A DNA stretch of 64,000 nucleotides from a virus (Duplodnaviria > Heunggongvirae > Uroviricota > Caudoviricetes). Both the position numbers and the translations under genes were made by a program. The notes below the pieces were generated by a model. It was not told where the DNA came from and did no database searches. It saw nothing but the letters and a program-made list of their open reading frames with translations. The number at the start of each line of letters is the position of its first letter. Within the stretch, counting starts at the first letter, position 1. Location: the IMG/VR virus record IMGVR_UViG_3300028422_000873. The stretch is one strand, 5' to 3'. Shown piece after piece: positions 8,160-15,228 of the stretch.

Positions 8160-9257
8160 ATGCAAGAATATAAAGGTCAGTACACAGACTGTAAGGTGTA
8201 TAGCGACTACGTCGAAGAAGAAGCTGTCAGACAGATATTCTCCTTCCTAAATTGTCCTGTGTTCGACGGTGAGACTATACGCGTGATGCCAGATGTACAT
8301 GCTGGATCAGGTGCTGTTATCGGCTTCACTTCTACTTTCACAGACAAGATAATACCTAATGTCATCGGCGTCGATATCGGCTGCGGTGTACTATCCTGTA
8401 ACTTCAAGACTGATGACCTAGACCTGCAGGCACTTGATAGGTTCATAAAGCAGAACATACCGAGCGGTTTCTCTATCAATAAAAAAGTAAGACCGGAGAT
8501 CAAGAAACCATTTCTAAAGTCGATACGTGACGTAGTTGCTGTGATCGGTGAGAAAGAGCCTGACAGAGATGCTAGGGCTATAGGTTCTCTCGGTGGTGGT
8601 AATCACTTCATAGAGATAGGTAGAGACGTTAATGATGAATCTTACTGGTTGACTATACACTCAGGCTCTAGAAACTTCGGACTACGTATCGCACAGCATC
8701 ACCAACGGATAGCAAAGAAACTTAATCCTTTCGGTGATCTTTCTTGGTTGGACGGTGATGAGGCTCAACTGTATATAGAGCATATGAAAGTGGCTCAGCA
8801 GTATGCCTCTCTAAATAGAGAACTTATGATGAAGAGTATAATCAAGCATCTCGGCGTGAAGGTAATCGACACGGTTGAGTCAGTGCATAACTACATCGAC
8901 TTCGACAACAACATAATCCGTAAAGGTGCTATATCTGCTCAAGAAGGAGAGAAGCTTATTATCCCATGGAACATGGAAGACGGACTTATAATCGGTGTTG
9001 GTAAGGGCAACACTGACTGGAACTGCTCTGCTCCTCATGGAGCTGGTCGTGTTCTGAGTCGTGGAAAAGCAAAGAGAACTCTATCCTTAGATGAGTTCAA
9101 AGAGCGTATGAAGGATGTATACTCATCTTGCGTTAGCGAGAATACACTCGATGAATCTCCTATGGCATATAAAAACTGCCAAGAGATCATCGAGTACATC
9201 GAACCAACGATTGAGATACTTCATACTATAAAACCGATCTATAACTTTAAGGCTTAA
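8160..9257 (+). CDS. rtcB: RtcB-family RNA-splicing ligase (3'-phosphate/5'-hydroxyl RNA ligase), compact 365-aa form
   Basis: GGGNHFIEIG and SAPHGAGRVLSRGKAKR motifs match the RtcB metal/GTP-binding signatures (GxGNHF, HGAGR). Confidence 0.7.
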   Translation: MQEYKGQYTDCKVYSDYVEEEAVRQIFSFLNCPVFDGETIRVMPDVHAGSGAVIGFTSTFTDKIIPNVIGVDIGCGVLSCNFKTDDLDLQALDRFIKQNIPSGFSINKKVRPEIKKPFLKSIRDVVAVIGEKEPDRDARAIGSLGGGNHFIEIGRDVNDESYWLTIHSGSRNFGLRIAQHHQRIAKKLNPFGDLSWLDGDEAQLYIEHMKVAQQYASLNRELMMKSIIKHLGVKVIDTVESVHNYIDFDNNIIRKGAISAQEGEKLIIPWNMEDGLIIGVGKGNTDWNCSAPHGAGRVLSRGKAKRTLSLDEFKERMKDVYSSCVSENTLDESPMAYKNCQEIIEYIEPTIEILHTIKPIYNFKA

Positions 9258-9284
9258 CCGATTCGATTTATTATTGATGAATAG
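9256..9284 (+). promoter_or_regulatory. conserved intergenic motif copy 1 (AACCGATTCGA plus TGATGAATAG)
   Basis: AACCGATTCGA at 9256-9266, TGATGAATAG 10 nt downstream; 30 nt upstream of the RBS of 9314..9877. Confidence 0.4.
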
Positions 9285-9313
9285 TAGTCTATTTTAAAAA
9301 AGAAGGAGTATCT

Positions 9314-9877
9314 ATGGATGATTATAAAGAAGTAGTGTTAAGCGGACAGGTCTTTAAAGTTAGATACAAGAAAGAGCAGGAACAATTAGAGGTTCATGAA
9401 GAGACCGACGATGAAAAAGCCGAGAAAGAACTTCTGGAAATCGATACTAAGAACAGGCATGTTCTCAACGATGTCATTAATGATATTCAAGACGATCTTA
9501 TCAGGGAGCTTAAGTACAACGCGAAATCTGCGCTATTAAGTGCTATCGGATTTAGTGACTCGTGGGGTAAATGGCAAGTAGATCATTGCAACGGACGTAT
9601 GGGTGAGATCGCAAAATATATCAAGCGTAATGTAGAAGATGTATTATCTGATCTATCAGTAACGGTTCCAACAATCACTCAAGAAGACGCAGATGAGCTT
9701 GGTAAGGCCATGAAGAAAGAATATATGATGCACTATAGTCGTCAATATAAAGACACTTTGGTAGCATTGGCAAAACAGCAAGCCAGTGAAGATACTCATG
9801 CATTGCTTAAAGAAGTTTTGGAACAAGAAAAAGAAGTTAGAGACGCAATCTTAAGTAAATTACTATGCGAAAAATAA
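9314..9877 (+). CDS. hypothetical protein
   Basis: AAGGAG RBS; 187 aa. Confidence 0.45.
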   Translation: MDDYKEVVLSGQVFKVRYKKEQEQLEVHEETDDEKAEKELLEIDTKNRHVLNDVINDIQDDLIRELKYNAKSALLSAIGFSDSWGKWQVDHCNGRMGEIAKYIKRNVEDVLSDLSVTVPTITQEDADELGKAMKKEYMMHYSRQYKDTLVALAKQQASEDTHALLKEVLEQEKEVRDAILSKLLCEK

Positions 9878-10155
9878 GATATGTCTACATTGTAGATACA
9901 GAACATTTTGATGGACCTGTTCTGAATCACGTAGAGGGTTTTTACTCTACTAAAAAAGAAATGTGTGGGGTACTCAGGGCTGTGGGTTTCAAGTACAACA
10001 GTGAGACCGGTGATTGGTACACGGGTAAAAGTATATATTATGGAGACTCATACGCGTACGTGAAGAGAATAGAGAGCGGCGTCGATAACTGGAAACAAGA
10101 GATAGAAGCTGGTATAAAACTAGTTTTATTTAAGTTTAAACTGTACAAATACTAG
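9865..10155 (+). CDS. hypothetical protein
   Basis: 96 aa; overlaps the upstream stop. Confidence 0.4.
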   Translation: MRKIRYVYIVDTEHFDGPVLNHVEGFYSTKKEMCGVLRAVGFKYNSETGDWYTGKSIYYGDSYAYVKRIESGVDNWKQEIEAGIKLVLFKFKLYKY

Positions 10156-10163
10156 GGAATAAA

Positions 10164-10583
10164 ATGAAGAGGGAAGACAAAGATATACTCGAGCGTAAAG
10201 AGAAACTCATGAACGAGGTTCTGGATAAGGTGGAGTCAGCTCTAAGAGAAAATCCAGAGAATCTAATATTTGCATTAGATAGTCGTCGTTCTCCGTATAT
10301 TCATTTTGGCGTTAAATTAGACAGCGGAGATAAGGCTTGTTTTTACGTAGATGACAATCATTTGTCGCTCACTATAGTTAATAACAATGTCGATCATACT
10401 TACAACATCATGTATTATTATAATACATGGATATCGTACCGTCATATTTTTAAACGTGCTACACGTGTCAAAGCGGCAGTGAAAAAATACAAAGACAACA
10501 AAGAGCAATACGATCTGCTCAACATGTTAGAAAGAAAAGTCGCAGACGTAGATAAAATATTACTCGGAGAGGAGGAAAAATGA
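10164..10583 (+). CDS. hypothetical protein
   Basis: 139 aa. Confidence 0.4.
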   Translation: MKREDKDILERKEKLMNEVLDKVESALRENPENLIFALDSRRSPYIHFGVKLDSGDKACFYVDDNHLSLTIVNNNVDHTYNIMYYYNTWISYRHIFKRATRVKAAVKKYKDNKEQYDLLNMLERKVADVDKILLGEEEK

Positions 10584-10876
10584 AGAATGCAGTTACATTA
10601 GAGTCTCTAAAAGCACAGGGATTCAAGGTTTTCTTAAAGCATACAAGGGAGGACAGTGGTCGTTACATTACTAGAGTCGCAGTGTATCATGAGGAAACCC
10701 ATCAGATCAGTCACGCAGCAGCCATCACACATCCAAATGATCAGTTCTCACGCAAGAAAGGCAGAACTATCGCTCTTGGTAGAGCGATGAACGAGAGAAC
10801 AAGAACACTAGTTGATACAGAGGGTTGGTCTCAAGAGAGATTAGACGAGTATATTAGGCAAGTAGTGTTCTCATAA
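10580..10876 (+). CDS. hypothetical protein
   Basis: GGAGGAGG RBS; 98 aa; ATGA start/stop overlap. Confidence 0.45.
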   Translation: MKNAVTLESLKAQGFKVFLKHTREDSGRYITRVAVYHEETHQISHAAAITHPNDQFSRKKGRTIALGRAMNERTRTLVDTEGWSQERLDEYIRQVVFS

Positions 10877-10890
10877 GTAGAGATATAAAA

Positions 10891-11142
10891 ATGAGCGACA
10901 ATAGTGTTGATATTTTAGCTAGAATATTAGGTTTCTATTATTCACTATTAGAAATAGATGAACCAATAAATAGAGAAACTGTCGCTCATTTTTATAATGA
11001 GTATCATGAAAAACGATTATTATGTAAGTTAGGTATTCATAACGTGGTTAATATAACTATTAGAATATATCATAGCGATATACATTACAGAGTATGCAAA
11101 CACTGTGGTAAAAATCATCCAGTGTTGACTGGGGAGTGGTAG
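10891..11142 (+). CDS. hypothetical protein with C-terminal CxxC...H zinc-ribbon-like motif
   Basis: VCKHCGKNHP. Confidence 0.4.
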   Translation: MSDNSVDILARILGFYYSLLEIDEPINRETVAHFYNEYHEKRLLCKLGIHNVVNITIRIYHSDIHYRVCKHCGKNHPVLTGEW

Positions 11143-11469
11143 ATGAGCAATCTAGCTTTACCAAAAGGTAAGAATGTAAAGAGACCCATTAGAGAACCAG
11201 ATCATTATTCTCATAGGGGTGTACCGTATTGGTGGGCTCCAGAGTGGGTTCGTGAGTCTAACGGTTCTATGGGAAGAATCAAAGCAGTAAAGAGCGGCAG
11301 CGATGTCGATCTATACATGTGTTCAAAATCCGGCAACCTAACCTATATTAGAGGAAGAATTCAGGAGGAGTTTCAACGTTGGCATCAGGACAATGAGATT
11401 GATTATATCCTGTTAGGTATCGACATCGATGAGGTTCTTCTATCTGACTGGGAGTACGACGATGAGTAA
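11143..11469 (+). CDS. hypothetical protein
   Basis: 108 aa; TAGATG abutting the upstream gene. Confidence 0.4.
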   Translation: MSNLALPKGKNVKRPIREPDHYSHRGVPYWWAPEWVRESNGSMGRIKAVKSGSDVDLYMCSKSGNLTYIRGRIQEEFQRWHQDNEIDYILLGIDIDEVLLSDWEYDDE

Positions 11470-11520
11470 ATCAAAAGAAAAAATATCTATGAGATTAGCA
11501 GTTACTTTGGTTGGTGGGGA

Positions 11521-11721
11521 ATGTATCAGACCGTTATCATCGAAGCATCATCATATAAAGAGGCAACAACTAATCTAAAAGATAAAGTAAAAGAAATATA
11601 TGAGGGACTAGGTAGAGGGCGTAATCAACAAGAGTTTTACTGTAAGGTTGTTGGTTACAGAGTTATAAAAGAAGTTAAACCTTTTATAGAGTTTAAGAAA
11701 CCTCAAGTTTTCAATGATTAG
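11521..11721 (+). CDS. hypothetical protein
   Basis: 66 aa; GGTGGGG RBS. Confidence 0.35.
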   Translation: MYQTVIIEASSYKEATTNLKDKVKEIYEGLGRGRNQQEFYCKVVGYRVIKEVKPFIEFKKPQVFND

Positions 11722-12082
11722 TCAAAATACCATGAGATTGCAAGAACACAGTATTAATAAAGCATGCTCTATCTTAAATAAAGGGGGATTTGTCTGTACA
11801 ACATCTTATACACATGCTATATACTACAAAAGAATTGATGGAACCATATGGATGTATCATTTTAAGTACGGATATAGAAAGTACTTTAATTCTATAAAAG
11901 ACCTTAAGAGATCTAACAAGGATATGACTTTTTATAGGTTGAAACGACAATTTAATCCTTATTTTAGAACAAGGTTCTGTTTTTATGAGGAAGCTTTTGA
12001 TAATAGGACTGTTAGAGGATACTGGTCATATCCTCATTATGGCTCATCAATGCGAACAAAAGTCTTAAAATTACCAACATGA
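11714..12082 (+). CDS. hypothetical aromatic-rich protein
   Basis: 122 aa; last gene before a roughly 680-bp non-coding AT-rich region. Confidence 0.4.
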   Translation: MISQNTMRLQEHSINKACSILNKGGFVCTTSYTHAIYYKRIDGTIWMYHFKYGYRKYFNSIKDLKRSNKDMTFYRLKRQFNPYFRTRFCFYEEAFDNRTVRGYWSYPHYGSSMRTKVLKLPT

Positions 12083-12762
12083 GTGCTGATACCCAGAAAA
12101 CATTAAACGATGATGTGTACAGATGTTGATATTTTTTCACCATGATGTTATATAGATTAGACGTAGCAGATATGCTCGTAACTGGACGACCAGTTGACAA
12201 CTTCATAAATAAATATTCTATGAAAGAGGATTAGTGTGAGACATGTACCTATTAAATGGACGCAGTATGAATCATGGTTTAATATACGAATCACAGTCCG
12301 TAAATTACTTAATATCAAATGGAAAGGCAGTCCTAATAAATTGATTACTTACTTTGAAAAATACAGGGCAGTGGGCGAAGATTAGACGTCTATAGGGGAT
12401 AAATGTATTCAAAAGATGTATATAGTTTGATACAATTAAACTCGCTTATTAAAATACGAATTACGTTTCGCAGATTATTAGGTATTGATTGGCTTACTCT
12501 CCCAAGCGCAATAGAAGGTTATTTAAAAAAATATTCAATAAAAAAATAATTTTTTCTGTGTTTAGCCTTTTGTATGGGTATAATCAAATCATGATGTTTT
12601 TAAATTCTATAAAACACATTCAAGAAACGATTATCGGCGGTTGGCAACCGGCGGCGGTCGGTCATGCAATCGGGATAGAGCCGAAAGGCCATCACGATAT
12701 CCAAGTGCAGCAGTAAGCACGGACAAAAAACACTGAAAAACTATTATTAAATTAAAATTAGA

Positions 12763-12841
12763 GGGCGATGGGACTGCAAGGGGTGGTCACCAGTTTTGCA
12801 ATCTGGAAATCAGCAGGGTTCGATTCCCTGATCGTCCACCA
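12763..12841 (+). tRNA. tRNA-Ala (UGC)
   Basis: acceptor GGGCGAT/ATCGTCC with the G3:U70 Ala identity pair; anticodon loop TTTGCAA; T-arm CAGGG-TTCGATT-CCCTG; CCA encoded. Confidence 0.7.
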
Positions 12842-12862
12842 AAAAGAGTAAGATATATGAAA

Positions 12863-12890
12863 AACCGATTCGAAAAAAGGGAGAAGTTAC
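12863..12890 (+). promoter_or_regulatory. conserved intergenic motif copy 2 (AACCGATTCGA) between tRNA-Ala and tRNA-Gln
   Basis: AACCGATTCGA at 12863-12873, about 40 nt upstream of the tRNA-Gln 5' end. Confidence 0.35.
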
Positions 12891-12913
12891 AGCAACAGGT
12901 TAAATAATTTAAT

Positions 12914-12989
12914 TGGCCTGTCATCTAAACGGTTAAGATACTGGACTTTGACTCCAGCAATCAGGGTTCGATTCCCTGCGGGTCTGCCA
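12914..12989 (+). tRNA. tRNA-Gln (UUG)
   Basis: anticodon arm CTGGA-CTTTGAC-TCCAG perfect; D-arm ATCT/AGAT with AAACGGTTA loop; T-arm CAGGG-TTCGATT-CCCTG; acceptor has a U1-U72 mismatch and two G-U pairs; CCA encoded. Confidence 0.65.
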
Positions 12990-12999
12990 GATATAAAAT

Positions 13000-13076
13000 G
13001 GGGCTGAAGATGAAGTGGTGGAATCACCGGCCTGTCACGCCGGAGGAAGTGGGTTCGACTCCCATCGGTCTCGCCA
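13000..13076 (+). tRNA. tRNA-Asp (GUC)
   Basis: anticodon arm CCGGC-CTGTCAC-GCCGG identical in form to bacterial tRNA-Asp; acceptor GGGGCTG/CGGTCTC (two G-U); T-loop TTCGACT; CCA encoded. Confidence 0.7.
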
Positions 13077-13122
13077 AGATAGTAGTTTTCTGAGGGTTCT
13101 ACTTATAAAAACTCTCTATTGT

Positions 13123-13199
13123 GTTGGCTGTAGTTTAGTTGGTTAAAACGCTAGGTTGTGACCCTGGCAACGCCGGTTCGAATCCGGTCGGCCACCCCA
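13123..13199 (+). tRNA. tRNA-His (GUG) with G-1
   Basis: anticodon arm CTAGG-TTGTGAC-CCTGG; D-arm GTTT-AGTTGGTTA-AAAC; extra 5' G opposite the C73 discriminator (His identity); T-loop TTCGAAT; CCA encoded. Confidence 0.65.
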
Positions 13200-13212
13200 A
13201 AAAGAAAGTAAT

Positions 13213-13286
13213 GCCGGTGTAAGCTAGTGGCAAACTGCCTGACTTCCAATCAGGACTCGAGAGTTCGATTCTCTCTACCGGCACCA
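13213..13286 (+). tRNA. tRNA-Gly (UCC)
   Basis: acceptor GCCGGTG/TACCGGC; anticodon arm CCTGA-CTTCCAA-TCAGG; T-arm GAGAG-TTCGATT-CTCTC; CCA encoded. Confidence 0.8.
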
Positions 13287-13450
13287 TAAATAAATAGGGA
13301 GGTTGAAGACCTGCTGAAAGACATTAAAGTAGTTTGATCGAGTAACAGACGCAAAGGCAATAAAAACCACAGAGCTGGAGGAAGGGTCCAGACAGGCTCT
13401 TTCAGATGAACAGATGGGTAATAAGCAGGGGATAAACCTTTCCAGCGTTA

Positions 13451-13535
13451 AAGACAGTAGCTCAGTCGGAAGAGTGCCGGCATTTGCATTTGCGTTTGGA
13501 GCCGGAGGTCGCGGGTTCGAGTCCCGCCTGTCATT
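13451..13535 (+). tRNA. aberrant tRNA / tRNA pseudogene with a 19-nt expanded anticodon loop (ATTTGC-ATTTGC-GTTTGG-A), no encoded CCA
   Basis: canonical D-arm (TAGCTCAGTCGGAAGAGT) and T-arm (GCGGG-TTCGAGT-CCCGC) and 5-bp anticodon stem CCGGC/GCCGG, but the loop between them is 19 nt built from three tandem TTTG(C/G) hexamers; acceptor AAGACAG/CTGTCAT has one mismatch. Confidence 0.4.
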
Positions 13536-13550
13536 AAAGCTATATATTAT

Positions 13551-13628
13551 CCGGGTGTAGCGCAGTCTGGTTAGCGCACTTGTTTTGGGAACAAGGGGTC
13601 GAAGGTTCAAATCCTTCCATCCGGACCA
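13551..13628 (+). tRNA. tRNA-Pro (UGG)
   Basis: acceptor CCGGGTG/CATCCGG; D-arm GCGC-AGTCTGGTTA-GCGC; anticodon arm CTTGT-TTTGGGA-ACAAG; T-loop TTCAAAT; CCA encoded. Confidence 0.75.
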
Positions 13629-13638
13629 TAAATTTTGT

Positions 13639-13713
13639 GGAGCGTTCGTCTAGTGGTCTAGGATGCCAGACCTTCAATCTGGTCACACGGGTTCAAATCC
13701 GTACGCTCTCCCA
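13639..13713 (+). tRNA. tRNA-Glu (UUC), with C33 and a slightly irregular T-arm
   Basis: acceptor GGAGCGT/ACGCTCT; D-loop AGTGGTCTA; anticodon arm CCAGA-CCTTCAA-TCTGG; CCA encoded; T-arm one nt short of canonical. Confidence 0.55.
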
Positions 13714-13723
13714 ATATAATAGT

Positions 13724-13801
13724 GGTTGGGTAACATAGTCGGTTTAATGTACCGGACTTTTAATCCGGGTTACGTGGGTTCGAGTCCCACCCCATCCACC
13801 A
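13724..13801 (+). tRNA. tRNA-Lys (UUU)
   Basis: anticodon arm CCGGA-CTTTTAA-TCCGG; D-arm ACAT/ATGT; T-arm GTGGG-TTCGAGT-CCCAC; one 3:70 mismatch; CCA encoded. Confidence 0.75.
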
Positions 13802-13807
13802 CTTAAT

Positions 13808-13882
13808 GGTCGCGTAGTTCAACGGTAAGAACTCCAGTCTGATATACTGGCAACAAAGGTTCGACTCCTTTCGCGACTACCA
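13808..13882 (+). tRNA. tRNA-Ile (GAU)
   Basis: acceptor GGTCGCG/CGCGACT; D-arm GTTC-AACGGTAA-GAAC; anticodon arm CCAGT-CTGATAT-ACTGG; T-loop TTCGACT; CCA encoded; starts 6 nt after tRNA-Lys. Confidence 0.8.
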
Positions 13883-13893
13883 TTTTTTACAAT

Positions 13894-13966
13894 ACCCGGT
13901 TAGCTGGGGGATTATCGCCGTCCTTACAAGTCGGAGACGTTGGTTCGATTCCAACACCGGGTACCA
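13894..13966 (+). tRNA. tRNA-Val (UAC)
   Basis: perfect acceptor ACCCGGT/ACCGGGT; anticodon loop CTTACAA as in bacterial tRNA-Val(UAC); T-arm GTTGG-TTCGATT-CCAAC; CCA encoded. Confidence 0.75.
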
Positions 13967-13971
13967 TATAT

Positions 13972-14047
13972 GCTCCTGTGGTGCAATGGTCTAGCATGAG
14001 GTCCTTATAAGCCTTAGATTCAGGTTCGATTCCTGGCAGGAGTACCA
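13972..14047 (+). tRNA. tRNA with UAU anticodon loop (CTTATAA), candidate AUA-reading tRNA-Ile2
   Basis: acceptor GCTCCTG/CAGGAGT (G1-U72); D-arm GTGC-AATGGTCTA-GCAT; T-arm TCAGG-TTCGATT-CCTGG; anticodon stem has one U-C mismatch; CCA encoded. Confidence 0.55.
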
Positions 14048-14051
14048 TTAA

Positions 14052-14127
14052 GCTGGCATAGTTAAATGTGTTATAGCACTAGCTTTGTAACCTAGTATTC
14101 TCAGTTCGATTCTGAGTGCCAGCTCCA
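14052..14127 (+). tRNA. tRNA-Thr (UGU)
   Basis: perfect acceptor GCTGGCA/TGCCAGC; anticodon loop TTTGTAA; T-arm CTCAG-TTCGATT-CTGAG; CCA encoded; starts 4 nt after the previous tRNA. Confidence 0.7.
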
Positions 14128-14184
14128 TTTAAGAATTATATAGTATAAAAGATTCCAAAGGAGAAATAAATTGAATCTAAAATA

Positions 14185-14324
14185 TGCACAAAGTGCAATG
14201 AAACTAAACCAATTGAAGAATTTTCTTGGAAGATAGAGCATGGTCTATAGAACATATATTAGAAGAGATAGCTAAATGCGAGGTGTTATATGCTAACTGT
14301 CATGCGGAAGAGCATGAGAAATAA
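14185..14324 (+). pseudogene. decayed HNH endonuclease remnant (frameshifted) inside the tRNA array
   Basis: frame 1 encodes CTKCNETKPIEEFSWKIEHGL*, then the -1 frame continues WSIEHILEEIAKCEVLYANCHAEEHEK*; CxxC...H...NCH..EH is the HNH zinc-finger/catalytic layout; duplicated WKIEH/WSIEH segment marks the frameshift. Confidence 0.4.
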
Positions 14325-14330
14325 GTATTA

Positions 14331-14406
14331 AGGGTGTCTAGTATAACGGTAGTACTGCAGCCTCCAAAACTGCACAGTGAGGGTTCGAATCCTTCGGCGC
14401 CTGCCA
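14331..14406 (+). tRNA. tRNA-Trp (CCA) with poorly paired acceptor stem
   Basis: anticodon loop CTCCAAA and 3' end ...CCT-G-CCA resemble bacterial tRNA-Trp; D-arm AGTA-TAACGGTAG-TACT; T-arm GAGGG-TTCGAAT-CCTTC; acceptor AGGGTGT/GGCGCCT pairs only 4 of 7. Confidence 0.5.
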
Positions 14407-14408
14407 TA

Positions 14409-14433
14409 AACCGATTCGACAAGTACAATATAC
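14409..14433 (+). promoter_or_regulatory. conserved intergenic motif copy 3 (AACCGATTCGA plus TACAATATAC)
   Basis: AACCGATTCGA at 14409-14419, 27 nt upstream of the ATG of 14446..14928. Confidence 0.4.
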
Positions 14434-14445
14434 GAGAGGTATCGC

Positions 14446-14928
14446 ATGAATATATTTGTCACATCATTATCACCAACAAGATCTGCTAAATTTCTGGATA
14501 ATAAGCGTCTCGTAAAGATGGTACTAGAAACTGCTCAACTACTTAGTACGGCACTTAGGTATCATGGATCTACTGATGATGTATATAAAGCCACTCATGT
14601 AAATCATCCAGCTAGTATATGGGTACGACAGAATAAATCTAACTATAAGTGGTTACTAGCTCATTTCAGAGCGCTCAACGAAGAGTACACGAGGAGATAT
14701 GGTAAGATCCATAAGAGTTCTAGTAAATGGAACTTATTCAAGAACGGCATCAACTTGTTGCCTGCCGGTAAACGAACGATGTTTGCTAACTGTGCGGCCA
14801 ACAGTGAATTAAACTTAAACTTCAAGCACCTGCCAGTATTAGAGGCTTATAAAAAGTACCTGTATAAGCGCTTCACTGGAGATAAGAAACCAGCATTATG
14901 CAACTGGAGTTATAGTGAAACACAGTAA
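14446..14928 (+). CDS. putative pyrimidine-dimer DNA glycosylase (T4 endonuclease V / DenV-like)
   Basis: N-terminus MNIFVTSLSPTRSAKFLDNKRLVKMVLETAQLL follows the DenV pattern (xINLxxVxELxDQHLMAEYRELPRVF) including the catalytic Glu; HPASIWVRQNKSNYKWLLAHFRALNEEY resembles the second conserved block. Confidence 0.4.
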   Translation: MNIFVTSLSPTRSAKFLDNKRLVKMVLETAQLLSTALRYHGSTDDVYKATHVNHPASIWVRQNKSNYKWLLAHFRALNEEYTRRYGKIHKSSSKWNLFKNGINLLPAGKRTMFANCAANSELNLNFKHLPVLEAYKKYLYKRFTGDKKPALCNWSYSETQ

Positions 14929-15228
14929 AAAACTATCAATGATGTTCATAATGTATATGCTAGACATAGTTGATGCTAAATATGTAAAAGAGAATTGTAC
15001 GTACCATGAATCACAGGGGATTCTCATGGTTGCTAAATTTCACTTCATCAATCATAACGCTCAATGGCCAAAAGACATTGACGGCCTGTAGACATAGTAA
15101 AAATAATACTTGGTATAATAAGACTCTTCAGAAAAAAGAAGCACATCAAAAAAATCCTACAACCAGGAAAAATCATTATCTTAACCACTATGTTGATTTA
15201 TGGTATAATATAGAGATAAGGAGATACC

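Noticed and set aside
12191-12230. TTGACA followed by TATTCT, considered as a sigma70 promoter
   Set aside because: The spacer is only about 14 nt. There is no downstream gene within 500 bp.
13275-13610. 111-aa minus-strand ORF
   Set aside because: It lies entirely across tRNA-Gly, the aberrant tRNA and tRNA-Pro on the opposite strand, with Pro/Ala-rich translation typical of antisense tRNA sequence. It is an artefact.
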